From Mobula hypostoma (lineage: Eukaryota): DNA of 64,000 nt. This document shows positions 36,695 to 49,464 of the stretch, one piece after another; position 1 is the stretch's first letter; each line of letters starts with the position of its first letter. Location: assembly GCF_963921235.1 (NCBI RefSeq), contig NC_086097.1, positions 3,348,001 through 3,412,000 of the forward strand. The letters are read 5' to 3'. The notes beneath the pieces are model-generated. The model had not been told where the DNA came from and made no database searches. It worked only from the letters and a program-made list of their open reading frames with translations. The position numbers and the translations under genes were made by a program.

Positions 36695-37392
36695 CCAAGT
36701 CCAGCTCCTGGCCTTCATGTGTGGCTAAGCCCGATGGAACCATTTCTACTAACAGAAGGGTCAAAGGTGGGTTATTGGCACCTTAAAACCAGTTGCATTG
36801 GATAGATTGGGCTTGTCAGCCATGGTTCATCTCAGAGAAGGAAAACTCTGATCTCAAAACTCTACTGCCTAGTGGCTATACCCACCTATTGGGAAGGGTT
36901 CTGGAGTAAACCCTGAGGGAAAGATATGGAGCTGGGATCCCTAAAGCAGTCCTACATTGAGTTCAACGCTGACTGGCAACTTCCGTGCCGCTGCTGATGC
37001 CAAACTGTATCCGTCTCTGCCATTCAGATGAGAGGAGAGCCTCTCGAAGGCCACCCTGGATCTCCGTTGTGAGGGGTGGAACGGGTAAGGCTGGCCCACA
37101 GAGCTCTGGTGCAGCTGTATAGACCAAGCCCCTGCACAGTGGATGGAATGGATCACAGAAACGTTGATGAACCCCAACCATGCCATCGACTTTGGACAAT
37201 GGAGTTGGGAGGTCATCACTGGCCTATGCGCCGGTGGGAGCTAAGGGCCCAAGAGGAAGATGTGTAGAGGGAGGAGCTTGCTACGAGGGGAAAGGCTTGC
37301 TCTTCATATCGTACTCCCCTGGCTTGTGTATCTAGACAGTGAGGACACAACATCCATGGTCAACCCCGACCAACGGAGGCCTCAACTCAACT
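36695..37392 (+). repeat. Second copy of the unclassified repeat at 12085-12660, with extra internal sequence
   Basis: Shared blocks TCTGATCTCAAA, GAGTAAACCC, ACATTGAGTTCAAC, ACATCCATGGTCAACCCC; CTCAACTCAACT tail. Confidence 0.65.
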
Positions 37393-37607
37393 AAATAAAT
37401 GCCTTTTAAACACCACTATTAAACCTGCTTTCAGTTTTTTTAGGAACTGGAAAGAACATTCTAGGCATCTGCTACTGTGTAATAGATATGTTGCTGAGGC
37501 ACCCCATGTAGGCTTGGCATATGTACCTTTAAATGCTGAAGGTTTTCACTAATTGCTGTGCAGCAGGTCATAAAGAGCTGTGCTAAACTGGGCGAGGTCC
37601 TGCCCAA

Positions 37608-38561
37608 TCACAAACAAGAGAAAAACTGCAGATGCTGGAAATCTAAGCAACAGGCACAAAATGCTGGAGGAACTCAGCAGGTCAGGCAGCATCCATGGAA
37701 AAGAGTACTATTGATGTTTCGGGCCGAAACAGTTCGGCAGGACTGGAGAAGAAAAGGTGAGGAGTGGACAGAAGGTGGGGGGAGGGGAGAGAGATACACA
37801 AGGTGATAGGTTAAAGTGGGAGGGACAGGGATGAAGTAAAGAGCTGGGAAGTTGATTGGTGAAAGAGATACAGGGCTGGAGAAGGGGGAATCTGATAGGA
37901 GAGGACAGAAGGCCATGGAAGAAAGAAAAGGTGGAGGCACACCAAAGGGCAGCCAAGGAGATGAGGTACATTGTTGAGACCTGACGTAGATTGGGAGTCT
38001 GCTTTGCTGAGCACTTATGCTCCATTCGCCAGAAGAAGTGGGATTTCCCAGTGGCCTCTCATTTTAATTCCATTTCTCATTCTGATGTGGCAGTCCATGG
38101 CCTCCTCTACTGTAAAGATGAAGCCACACTCAGGTTGGAGGAACAACACCTTATATTCCATCTGGGCAGCCTCCAACCAGATGGTAACGACATCGATTTC
38201 TCGAACTTCCGGTAATGTCACCTTCCCCCTTCACCATTCCCCATCCCCTTTTCCCCATCTCACCTATCTCCTTGCTGACCCTTCATCTTCCTCAGGGGCT
38301 CCTCCTCCCTTTTCTTTTTTCCATGGCCTTCTGTCCTCTCCTATTCGATTCTTCCCCAGCCCTGTATCTCTTTTACCAATCAATTTGCTAGCTTTTACTT
38401 CACCCCCTCCCCTCTCGGTTTCTTCCTCCCCTCTCCCCACCTTTTAAATCTACCCCTCAGCTTTTTTTCTCCAGTGACGCTGAAGTGTCTTGGCTCAAAA
38501 TGTCGATGGTACTCTATTCCATAATTGCTGCCTGGCCTGCTGAGTTCCTGCAGCATCTTGT
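37608..38561 (+). mobile_element. Penelope-like 3' fragment with inverted 5' pseudo-LTR
   Basis: FAEHL..IR..KWDFPVASHFN...RLEEQHLIF; inverted ends; imperfect TSD GAGGTCCTGYCYAA at 37594-37607 and 38562-38575. Confidence 0.85.
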
Positions 38562-38869
38562 GAGGTCCTGTCTAAAATCGTATGAATGACATTTTAACGT
38601 TCGGTGTAAACCAGTCTAAAGCTGTTTCACACTGTATTTCGCCAATTTTGGAATCATGTTTGTTGCAGTAGGAACCAATTCTTCTGCTGTTAAATGTGGG
38701 ATATTCATTTGGTTGCTGAAGTGAGGAATCGGACACATTTGTATCTGAAATCTTTGCCTCATACAAGCTGTTAGTGTTGTACTTGATATTCCCCCACCCC
38801 ATTGAAATGAATGTGACCACCCACTTTGACTGAAACGTGAAACTCCACACCTAAAACTGTAAGGGATGC

Positions 38870-39068
38870 AGACACTGTTGACACTTTTAAACACCAGCTC
38901 AAAACCTATTTATTTAACCTTGCTTTTAACTGACATCTTTTTGTGTTTTACTTTCGTGTTTATTTTTATTATGATTTTTTATTTCATTTCCATGTTTTCA
39001 TTTTATCCCATTGGAAAGCTCTTTGAACCCCATCATCTGTATGACCAATGCTCTATAAATAAATTATT
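38870..39068 (+). mobile_element. L2 LINE 3' tail
   Basis: ACACTTTTAAACACCAGCTCAAAAC shared, as reverse complement, with 30434-30458. Confidence 0.6.
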
Positions 39069-39994
39069 ATGCAGCAACTTGTATTTCTGGAGATGCTTGG
39101 TCTGAAAAGATGACATTAAGTTCAATCTTTATTTCAAATTTAACTCTGCCACCATTTTTATAACTATCCTTTTGAACAGACTGTAAATGTACTAAAGCCC
39201 TATTTCTCAATCTTACTTGTATACATTCGTGCATTAGTTCTCAATATTGGCTATTTTTGATTACAATTTGAAATGCACAGATTGGGGGGAATACTTTTTA
39301 CTTATGGTGTCACACTGAATATATTGCTGGGTAAAATTACTGTTGCAAAGTCCACAAATGAGTATATGTGCAGTAGATAGTATTAGACATTTTTTGCTAA
39401 AAAGAACAATGGGATGTAATATCTCATGAGTACTTGAGATGCCCCTTTAACGGCCTGGCAAACGAAATCAGTATTATCTATCATGGCCCGGCAAATGAAA
39501 ACTCTGCCGCAGTTCATCTCAATCCATTATTCCCCCTAGCTTTCCTTTCTGGGTAAATTATTCTTATGCAAAGCATTACTTTTGTGCATCATAACAATTC
39601 AGTGATAATACTGCTTTAATCTACCTTTCTGAAGTGGGATTTGACTTCAAAAGCCTTGCAGCTGTAGTAATTTTGTTATGTAACTGGCAGGGCATTTCCT
39701 ATTTCAGAGTTCTATTCATGTCATTGCTTGAATTGTTCGTTACAGAGGTTCATGGTCAAGGAAATGCTTTCAGATGATGGTGGCGGTGCTGAGAACTTGA
39801 CAATAATCCAAACGTTGAGTTGTTGGAAATGGACAGAAATTCAAAGCAGATCCATTAATTCCCATTAAGCTATTTTTTCCAAAAAGCTATGTGAAATTTT
39901 TTAATACATTTACTTAACATACTTTAAGAGCTGAACCCATTGATTACAAAGCTTTTAGTATAATTTTCAGATGTCATTCAAAGAATTCTAAGGC

Positions 39995-41620
39995 CTGAAG
40001 CAGAATTAGTCCATTCAGCCCATCAAGTCTGCTCTGCCGTTCCATCATGGCTGAAAATCCCTCTCAACCTCCTTCTGCCTTCTCCCTGTAACCTTTGACA
40101 GAGATTAAGACCATAAGACAAAGGAGCAGAAGTCAGCCATTCGGCCCATCGAGTCTGCTCTACCATTTTATCATGAGCTGATCCATTCTTCCAATTAGTC
40201 CCACTTCCCTGCCTTCTCACCATAACCTTTGATACCCTGGCTACTCAGATACCTATCAATCTCTGCCTTAAATACACCCAATGACTTGGCCTCCAGTGTC
40301 GCCCGTGGCAACAAATTCCATAGATTCACCACCCTCTGACTAAAAAAATTTCTTCACATCTCTGTTCTGAATGGGCACTCTTCAATCCTTAAGTCATGCC
40401 CTCTCGTACTAGACTCTCCCATCATGGGAAACAACTTTGCCACATCTACTCTGTCCATGCCTTTCAACATTCGAAATGTTTCTATGAGGTCCCCCCTCAT
40501 TCTTCTAAACTCCAGGGAATACAGTCCAAGAGCGGACAAACATTCCTCATATGTTAACCCTCTCATTCCAAGAATCATTCTAGTGAATCTTCTCTGTACT
40601 CTCTCCAACATCAGCACATCCTTTCTTAAATAAAGAGACCAAAACTGCCCACAGTACTCCAAGTGAGGTCTCACCAGCGCCTTATAGAGCCTCAACATCA
40701 CATCCCTGCTCCTATACTCTATTCCTCTAGAAATGAATGCCAACATTGCATTCGCCTTCTTCACTACTGACTCAACCTGGAGGTTAATCTTAGGATATCC
40801 TGCACGAGAACTCCCAAGTCCCGTTGCATCTCAGAACTTTGAATTCTCTCCCCATTTAAATAATAGTCTGCCCATTTATTTCTTGTGCCAAAGTGCATAA
40901 CTGTACACTTTCCAACATTGTATTTCATTTGCCACTTCTTTGCCCGTTCTTCCAATCTATCCAAGTCTCTCTGCAGACTCTCTGTTTCCTCAGCACTACC
41001 AGCCCCTCCACCTATCTTCGTATCATCAGCAAACTTAGCCACAAAGCCATCTATTCCATAATCCAAATTGTTGATGTACAACGTAAAAAGAGGTGACCCC
41101 TGTGGAACACCACTGGTAACTGGCAGCCAACCAGAATAGGATCCCTTTATTCCCACTCTCTGTTTCCTGCCAATCCGCCAATGCTCTATCCACGTATGTA
41201 ACTTTCCCGTAATTCCATGGGCTCTTACTTTGTTAAGCAGCCTCATATGTGGCACCTTGTCAAAGGCCTTCTGAAAATCCAAATATACAACATCCACTGA
41301 ATCTCCCTTGTCTAGCCTATTTGTAATTTCCTCAAAAAATTGCAATAGGTTTGTCAGGTAGGATTTTCCTTTCTGATTAATCAAGAATTTATCAACTTCT
41401 GCTCTAAATACTCAGTGACCTGGCCTCCACAGCTGCCTGTGGCAATGAATTCCACAGATTCACTGCCCTCTGGCTAAAGAAATTCCTTCTCATCTGTTTT
41501 AAACAGGTGTCCCTCTATTCTGAGGCTGTGCCCTCTGGCCCTAGATTCCCCCACTACAGGAAACATCCCCTCCACGTCCACTGTATCTAGGCTTTCAATG
41601 TTCAATAGGTTTCAATGAGA
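39995..41620 (-). mobile_element. CR1 (about 40108-41372) nested in an older CR1 3' end
   Basis: RT ORFs 40354-41384; AGACCATA tail at 40108; the flanks rejoin as a CR1 3' region; GATTAA at both junctions. Confidence 0.85.
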
Positions 41621-41984
41621 TTGTTTCAGTGAGAGTCATTTGTGACCAAACACCATGATGCTTGAGCCAAGAGTAGAGAGATGAAAAGGAATAAAAATGG
41701 AGTACTATTTTCTTAATGAAACTACCTGTGTTTCATGAATGAGGTTCAGTCACTGGGTAGGATTTGCATGAGAAATCCTATCACCTGCTTGTGAAGTAGC
41801 TGACATAAATTCGGGATGGTTTGGTCTCCTGCACTGCGATGTAAATCCTAATCTATAAGGAATTTTGATGTCCTCCCTGTGACTATGTGAGGCTTCTCTG
41901 AGTACTCTGGTCTGCCCCCACAGTCGAAAGACATACGGGTTATGGTTAATAAGTTACGTATATTTTTATTCATTAGTTTATTGA

Positions 41985-43096
41985 GAACCCTGCCCAATAG
42001 GCAACGGAGTAAAGCAAGGCTGCGTCCTTGCACCGACTCTCTTCACCATCTTTTTCAGCATGATGCTCGAAAGGGCCACAGAAGACCTTGATGACGAGGA
42101 CGGTGTCTACAACCGATACCGCACCGATGGCAGCCTGTTCAACCTGAGGCGATTACAGTCCCACACCAAGACACTGGAGCAGCTTATCCGAGAGCTACTC
42201 TTCACAGACGATGCTGCCCTTGTTGCCCACACAGAGACAGCCCTGCAGCGTATAACATCCTGCTTCGCAGAGGCTGCCGAGCTCTTCAGACTGGAAGTCA
42301 GCTTGAAGAAGACAAAAGTCCTCCATCAGCCCGCACCTCAGGAAGATTACCTCCCTCCCTGCACCACCATCGGCAAAGGCAAACAGCGCGTTCGGCAGGC
42401 TGTACGAAAGAGTCTGGAACAACAAGCATTTGAAGAAAGGCACAAAGATCAGCGTGTACAGAGCTGTTGTACTGACCACCCTGCTGTACAGCTCCGAGTC
42501 GTGGGTCACCTACCGTCACCACCTACGACTCCTTGAGCGCTTCCACCAGCGCTGCCTCCACACCATCCTCAACATCCACTGGAGTGACTTCATCACCAAC
42601 ATCGAAGTCCTCGAACAGGCGGAGGTCACCAGCATCGAGGCCATGCTGTTGCAGACACAGCTGCGCTGGGCAGGGCACGTCTCCAGGATGGAGGATCATC
42701 GCCTGCCCAAGATTGTGCTGTATGGTGAACTCTCCACTGGCCACCGTGACAGAGGGGCACCGAAGAAGAGGTACAAGGACTCTCTAAAGGAATCCTTTGG
42801 TGCCTGTCACATTGACCATCGCCAGTGGTCTAATCTAGCCTCCGATCGCGAGGCCTGGCAACACACCATTCACCAGTCTGTCTCCTCCTTCGAGGACGCA
42901 CACAGGGTTGGCATTGAGGACAAAAGGAGAAGGAGGAAGAACCGTGACACAGCAGCACTAAACCCAGAACAGAATTTCCCTTGCAGCCACTGTGGCCGGA
43001 CCTGCCTGTCCCGTATTGGCCTCGTCAGCCCCCAGCGAGCCTGCAGCAGATGTGGGCAGCCCCCTTCCTAAATCTTCGTTCACAAAGCCAAGCCAC
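41985..43096 (+). mobile_element. RTE-clade LINE 3' portion with an internal deletion near 42375
   Basis: LLFTDDAALVAH..LQ, VSLKKT, KISVYRAVVLTTLLY, LRWAGHVSRM..RLPK..LYGEL, CSHCGR zinc-finger-like motif; GCCAAGCCA tail. Confidence 0.9.
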
Positions 43097-43902
43097 GATT
43101 GAGACACAGCGTGAAGTAGGTCCTCCCAGCCCTTCGAGCCGCACCGCACTGCCCAGCAATTACCCAATTTAATTCTAATCTAGTCATGGGGCAATTTACA
43201 ATGACCAATGAACCTACCGACTGGTATGTCTTTGGACTGTGGGAGGAAATCAGGCCACCCAGAGGAAACCTACGCGGTCACGGAGCGAACGTACAAACTC
43301 CTTACAGGTGCCTGCGGGAATGGCACTGCACACGTGGGCTGCCCCAGTACCATCCTGATGTGAATGAACCATTTCACTGTATGCTTCAATGTACATGTGA
43401 CAAATAACGCTAATCTTTACAAACAGGAGATGCATCTAATGTAACTCCACACTAGAAGCAGTTATTGAAGGGGGAAAAAAAAAATCACTTGTTCTTACCC
43501 AATCACTTATCTGAGAGTTTAGGATCAGGGAAATCTTTTTAATTAAACAACAGTAGTAATCAGTAGTAAATTTGATCTGATAAGAACATTATGAATTCTC
43601 TATAAAGTTCATTAATTTTCATGGTTCTTTGAATTTCCTGCTGTGAATTCAAAAGACTGGGTATATTTTTTTTATTCTGGCATACCTTGGAATAAATGTG
43701 GAATTTGTTGGACAAGACTGATACCACCATCCTGAAGAACAATGGCTGTGCAGGAAGGATAAAACTTAACAGGCTTGGCCTCTGCCAAGCAGAGGTCTGG
43801 ACAGCTGACATACTGAAGTCACATTCTGGCGCACCATAGTTTGAGATGGGAAGGGGAACTTCATGTTACTGCCTGCATAATTCACAAGGGGAGTGTTCAC
43901 CA

Positions 43903-44400
43903 ACACACAAGGGATTCCGCAGATGCCACAAAATACTGGAGTAACTGAACAGGTCAGCCAGCATCTATGAAGCAGAAAAAATAGTTGATGTTTTGGGCCG
44001 AGACCCTTCATCAAAACTGGAAAGAAGCCAGAATAAGAAGGTGGGCTGAGGGGGAATGCAGCTAGAAAGTCGGGGGGGCCGTTATGAATTAAGAAGCTGG
44101 GGAGTGATAGGAGGAAAAGGTAAAGAGCTGGAGAAGAAGGATTCTGATAGTAGAGGACAGAGGACCATGGCGAAAACGATGGAGGAAGGGCACCAGGGGG
44201 ACGTGAGAGGCAGGTGTGGAGAAGGGGTAAGAGGCCAGAGTGTGGATTAGAAGAAGAGGGAAGAGGAAAGGGAGAAAAATGTTAGAAGTTGGAGAAATCG
44301 AGTTTCATGTCATCAGGTTGGAGGCTACTCAGATGGAATATGAGGTGTTGCTCCTCCAACCTGGTGGCAGAAGCGGAGGCCTTGGACTGACATGTTAGAA
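43903..44400 (-). mobile_element. Penelope-like 3' fragment
   Basis: Reverse complement of the pLTR, including a degenerate CTGATGA..GAAA motif. Confidence 0.75.
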
Positions 44401-44918
44401 TAGGAGTACATTGCACAACCTTGCTCTGCGGGAAGAACTGTCTATTGACATAGCAGATGAAACTGAGTGAGTGTCACCGTAGCAAATGTGGTGACTGATT
44501 GTGACATTGCTTGATAAAATGCTTTGTGGAGTATTTTGGTGTAAAATTAATGGAGGTGAAGCACATCAGTTAGCAGTAAATCAATGCTCCCAATGTCTGC
44601 AATATTGCAGTTTATAGGATGAAATGTTTTATGCAGCAGTTATTCCTGAAATGATACCAAATCATGTTATAATAAACCAGCCATGATGGAATGGGGGAGC
44701 AGGCTTGATGAGCCGAATGGCCTAATTCTGCTCCTATATCTGATGGTCTTACAGTAATGTTAAATGAACACATCTGATGATTACAAAGTAATTTATAAGT
44801 AAGTTATAAAGTAATTTTCATCTTTACTCTCATTTGAATTAAGTTGAGAATGGACCACAAGTAGATTTGAGAATGGTGCATCTGACTATAAACTAGATTT
44901 GGACTGTAAATTGTGATG

Positions 44919-45040
44919 GGAGAAACATCTGGTAGGGTCATTTCAGAATCAGCTGAATGTTGTGAAATATGTTATTAGGAGAAACATCCAGTAGGGTCAT
45001 TTCAGAATCAGCTGAATGTCGTGGAATTTGTTATTAGGAG
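44919..45040. repeat. 59-bp tandem duplication (2 copies)
   Basis: GGAGAAACATC..GTAGGGTCATTTCAGAATCAGCTGAATGT.GTG.AAT.TGTTATTA twice. Confidence 0.9.
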
Positions 45041-45404
45041 TTTGTATGTGCTGCCTGTGACCACACGAGTTTGCTCTGCGCTTTCAATCTTATTGACATC
45101 TTTCCTGCAGGTAGGTGACCAGAATTGCAGAGAGTGAAAAATAAATCATTATATATACCTGTTCTTATAAATTCAGCAACAGCAAAATAAAATTAGAATT
45201 ATGAGACAAACATTGCTTACATCAATATTTACCAATGTTACTAATGGCCACTGGTCTGGTCAGCAACTGGTTTTAATACATTGAGGCCACATTAAATACA
45301 GCACAAAGTTTGAAAGTTCTTTCTAGAATCTAATTCATTTCCGTACCCTTGTGCCACCTAATCCCTACTCAGTCTTTTCTAGAGATATTCATCTTGTACC
45401 TCCT

Positions 45405-46008
45405 TCTGACTGTGTGGGTTTCCTCCAGGTGCTCCAGTTTTCTCCCACGGTGCAAAGATATACTGGTTAGCAGGTCAATTTGTCATTGTAAATTGTCCTG
45501 TGACTAGGCTGGGGTCAATTGGGGATTGCTGGGGGGCACAGCTTGAATAGCTGGAAGGCCTGTTCTACACTGTTTCTCAATATAAACAATAAAAAAATAA
45601 AAATTATAAATTAGAATAAGAATACATAATGAGAGCAAAAATAATAGTGAGGCAGTGTTCTTATCGTTCCCACCAGACCCCACCCCACCCGTCAGTATTA
45701 ATTTGTGTTTTCCAGAAGTGTGAATCAAGTGTGGGCGTCACAGTAGATTAGCGATTGGAGTTTGAAGTTCATTTCCGGCGTCCTCTGTAAGCAAGATTGT
45801 ACATTCTCCCTGTGACCCTGTGGGTTTCCTCTGGGTGCTCTGGTTTCCTCCCACAGTCCAAAGACGTACTGGTCAGTAGGTTAATCAGTGATTATAAATC
45901 GTCCTGTGATTAGGCATGGATAGATATGTGGGTTGCTGGGTGGTGCAGTTCGCCGGGCAGGAAGGATCTGTTCTATGCTGTATCTCCAAATGGAAAAAAA
46001 TAAATAAA
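45405..46008 (+). mobile_element. Two V-domain-like SINE copies (about 45405-45590 and 45735-46008)
   Basis: GTGGGTTTCCTC.GGGTGCTC.GGTTT.CTCCCAC core; AATAAA-rich tails. Confidence 0.7.
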
Positions 46009-46429
46009 CTTGACCTTGGACTGCAACTTGTGATGAGAGAAACATCCAGTGAGGTCATCTATCTTTCCCATTAAACCCCCTCTTTTCTTCGATCCAGCCA
46101 GTGTTACCTTGTGTCTTCAGTAAGTGTGAATCATATGTTGCATGTGTAATTCACTGTGATGATAAAGAAGGCAAGGCAACTTCCACTGACTTGGGAAAAC
46201 TCTGTTAAAATACTTAATTGTGGCCACATTCATTTCCCTGCATGGGGACAGAGACAGCCATGGTAATATTGTATAGTTAGTTGAGTTCCTTGGGATAGTT
46301 TGTTGTGGCATCAGAGAAATCCTCTGCAGTGGATGGTTGACAATCCCAGTAGTGCACAGACTGTTAACACCGCAATTGCTTTTCCATGGAATGAGGGGAA
46401 AAAACACAAGGTATGATTGAAGGGACCAA

Positions 46430-47030
46430 TCATACCTTGTAAATTGGGGGACCACTTTGTTGAGCACCTCCACTCCATCCACCAAAAGCAGAATTTCCCA
46501 GTGACCAAACATTTTAAATCCTATTCCCATTCCCATTACACCATGTCAGTCCATAGCCTCCTCTTGTGCCAAGATGAGGCCACCCTCAGGGTGGAGGAAC
46601 AACACCATATGTTCTGTCTGGGTAGCCTCCAACCTCATGGCATGAACATTGATTTCTCCTTCCAGTAATTTTTTTCTCTTCCCCTTTTCCTCTTCTTCAT
46701 TTCCTCACTCTTGCCTCTTACCTTTTCTCCTCAATTGCCTATCACTTCCTCCTTCCCTTTCTCCCATGGCGCACTCTCCTCACTGATCAGATTCCTTCTT
46801 CTCCAGCCTTTTACCTCTTCCACCTATCATCTCACCACTTCATCCCACACTCCCCCACCCACTGGGCTTCATCTGTCACCTTCCAGCTCGTCGTCCTTCC
46901 CTTCCCCCAACCTTTTTATTCTGGCTTCTTCTCCCTTCCTTTCCAGTCCTGATGAAGGGTCTTGGCCTGAAGAGTTGACTGTTCATTCATTTCTATAAAT
47001 GCTGCCTGATCTGCTGAGTTTCCGGTGTTC
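46430..47030 (+). mobile_element. Penelope-like 3' fragment
   Basis: LGDHFVEHL...RVEEQH; pLTR with CAGTCCTGATGAAGGG. Confidence 0.8.
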
Positions 47031-47430
47031 TGTGTAAGGCCAGTGATGTTGTGGGGATGGAACTGGACTCTCTCACGGTGGTATCTGAAAAGAGGATGCT
47101 GTCCAAGTTGCATGCCATCTTGGACAATGTCTCCCATCCACTACATAATGTACTGGTTGGGCACAGGAGTACATTCAGCCAGAGACTCATTCCTCCGAGA
47201 TGCAACACAGAGCATCATAGGAAGTCATTCCTGCCTGTGGCCATCAAACTTTACAACTCCTCCCTTGGAGGGTCAGACACCCTGAGCCAATAGGCTGGTC
47301 CTGGACTTATTTCCTGGCATAATTTATGTATTACTATTTAAGTATTTATGGTTTTATTACTATTTATTAATTATGGTGCAACTGTAACGAAAACCAATTT
47401 CCCCTGGGATCAGTAAAGTATGACTATGAC
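47031..47430 (+). mobile_element. Rex1/Babar-type 3' end
   Basis: ILDNVSHPLH..RLIPPRC.TE..RKSFLPVAIKLYN; (ATGACT)n tail. Confidence 0.75.
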
Positions 47431-47648
47431 AGCACTAGTCTGGATTTCCAGCATCCACAGAATCCCTGTTGTTCAGGTTTGACACACTTGGTCACCCTTG
47501 TTCAGTCCCAGACTATGTTACAGTGGTAATTTCTCAGGAAACTCAATTTATGGTAGTGGTCCAAGGCATAAAAAAGGTTGGGAACCCCTGCGGTAAAGGG
47601 AGGTTTAATAACAATGGAGGTGTGAAATAATGGTACGTCACCAAAGAC

Positions 47649-47922
47649 GCAAACACGAGGAATTCTACAGATGCTGCAAATTCAAGCAACACACATCAAA
47701 GTTGCTGGTGAACGCAGCAGGCCAGGCAGCATCTCCAGGAAGAGGTACAGTCGACGTTTCGGGCCGAGACCCTTCGTTAGGACTAACTGAAGGAAGGGCT
47801 AGTAAGAGATTTGAAAGTGGGAGGGGGAGGGTCCTGACGAAGGGTCTTGGCCCGAAACGTCAACTGTACCTCTTCCTAGAGATGCTGCCTGGCCTGCTGC
47901 ATTCACCGGAAACTTTGATGTG
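47649..47922. mobile_element. Fold-back mini Penelope element inside a Rex1-type fragment (about 47630-48425)
   Basis: ~92-bp inverted arms 47692-47783 and 47831-47922; exact 13-bp TSD CGTCACCAAAGAC at 47636-47648 and 47923-47935. Confidence 0.92.
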
Positions 47923-48682
47923 CGTCACCAAAGACTCTAGCACATTTATACAAACATACCATGGAGAAGATCCTAACTGGTTACGTGGCTGTGTGGTACG
48001 GAGGGGCCACTGCAGAGCATCAGAAAAAGCTGCAGAAACTCGGCCAGCTCCATCATGGGCTCTGGGCTCCCCAGCATCGAGGACACCTTCAAAAAGCAAT
48101 GCCTCAAAGAGGACCCCCGTCACCCAGGACATGCCCTCTTCTCATTGCTACCATTAGGGAGGGGCTACAGGAGCCTGAAGACACACACTCAGAGTTTCAG
48201 GAACAGCTTCTTCCCCTCTGCCATCAGATTTCTGAATGGACAATGGAACCATGAACACTACCTCACCACATTTTTTTCACTCTCTTTTTGCACTTACTTA
48301 ATTTTTATATTATATTTCCTGATGTACAATAATTTATATATTTTTATTATGTATTGCAATGTACTGCCACTGTAAAACAATGAATTTCATGACATATGCC
48401 AGTGATATTAAACCTGATTCTGAAATAAGGGGTTAATAACTGAAACTCATGACACTGTAACCCAGAAAAATAAACACAATGAAAATTCAATTTGGAGATT
48501 TTCAAATCTGTCAGGGCCAACTGTGAATTATTAATCTAGCACCACAGGAGCTACTATATCAGGGCCACACTTCATAAATAAATATTTTGATATAATCCCT
48601 TGTACTGCCACTTTTAATTTCATAATTGTTTCTGACCAGTAAAAGATCATTCCTGTGCGAAACTCAGTCTATTTGCTTCTGT

Positions 48683-49195
48683 TTAGAAACCATAGAAACC
48701 ATAGAAAAAGTACAGCCTTTTGGCCCTTCTTGGCTGTGCCGAACCATTTTCTGCCTAGTCCCACTGACCTGCACACAGACCATATCCTTCCATACACCTC
48801 CCATCCATGTATCTGTCCAATTTATTCTTAAATGTTAAAAAAGAACCCGCATTTACCACCTCGTCTGGCAGCTCATTCCATACTCCCACCACTCTCTGTG
48901 TGAAGAAGCCCCCCCTAATGTTCCCTTTAAACTTTTCCCCCCCTCAACCTTAACCCATGTCCTCTGGTTTTTTTTCTCCCCTTGCCTCAGTGGAAAAAGC
49001 CTGCTTGCATTCACTCTATCTATACCCATCATAATTTTATATACCTCTATCAAATCTCCCCTCATTCTTCTACGCTCCAGGGAATGAAGTCCCAACCTAT
49101 TCAACCTTTCTCTGTAACTGAGTTTCCCAAGTCTCGGCAACATCCTTGTAAACCTTCTCTGCAGTCCCGGCAACATCCTTGTAAACCTTCTCTAC
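48683..49195 (-). mobile_element. CR1 3' fragment with a ~30-bp duplication at its 5' junction
   Basis: LERRRMRGDLIEVYKI; CGGCAACATCCTTGTAAACCTTCTCT occurs twice (about 49136-49193). Confidence 0.85.
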
Positions 49196-49464
49196 ATTTT
49201 AGATATAAGTTTGTCAAAGAATCATACAACACAAAGAGAGGCTTTTAGGCCCACTGTGTTTGAGGTGTCTATCCAGTGCCTGTTTACACTAATCCAATAC
49301 TAACTCTATTTAATTATTCCCTCCATAACCTCAGTAACTCCTGCCCTCCAGATTCTTTAGCTAACTTATGCACTGGGGACTGTCTGCAATGGCCAATTAA
49401 CCTTTCACCTTCACATCTTTGGGACATAGGCAGAAATTAGCGTGCCTGGAGCAAACCTACTTGC

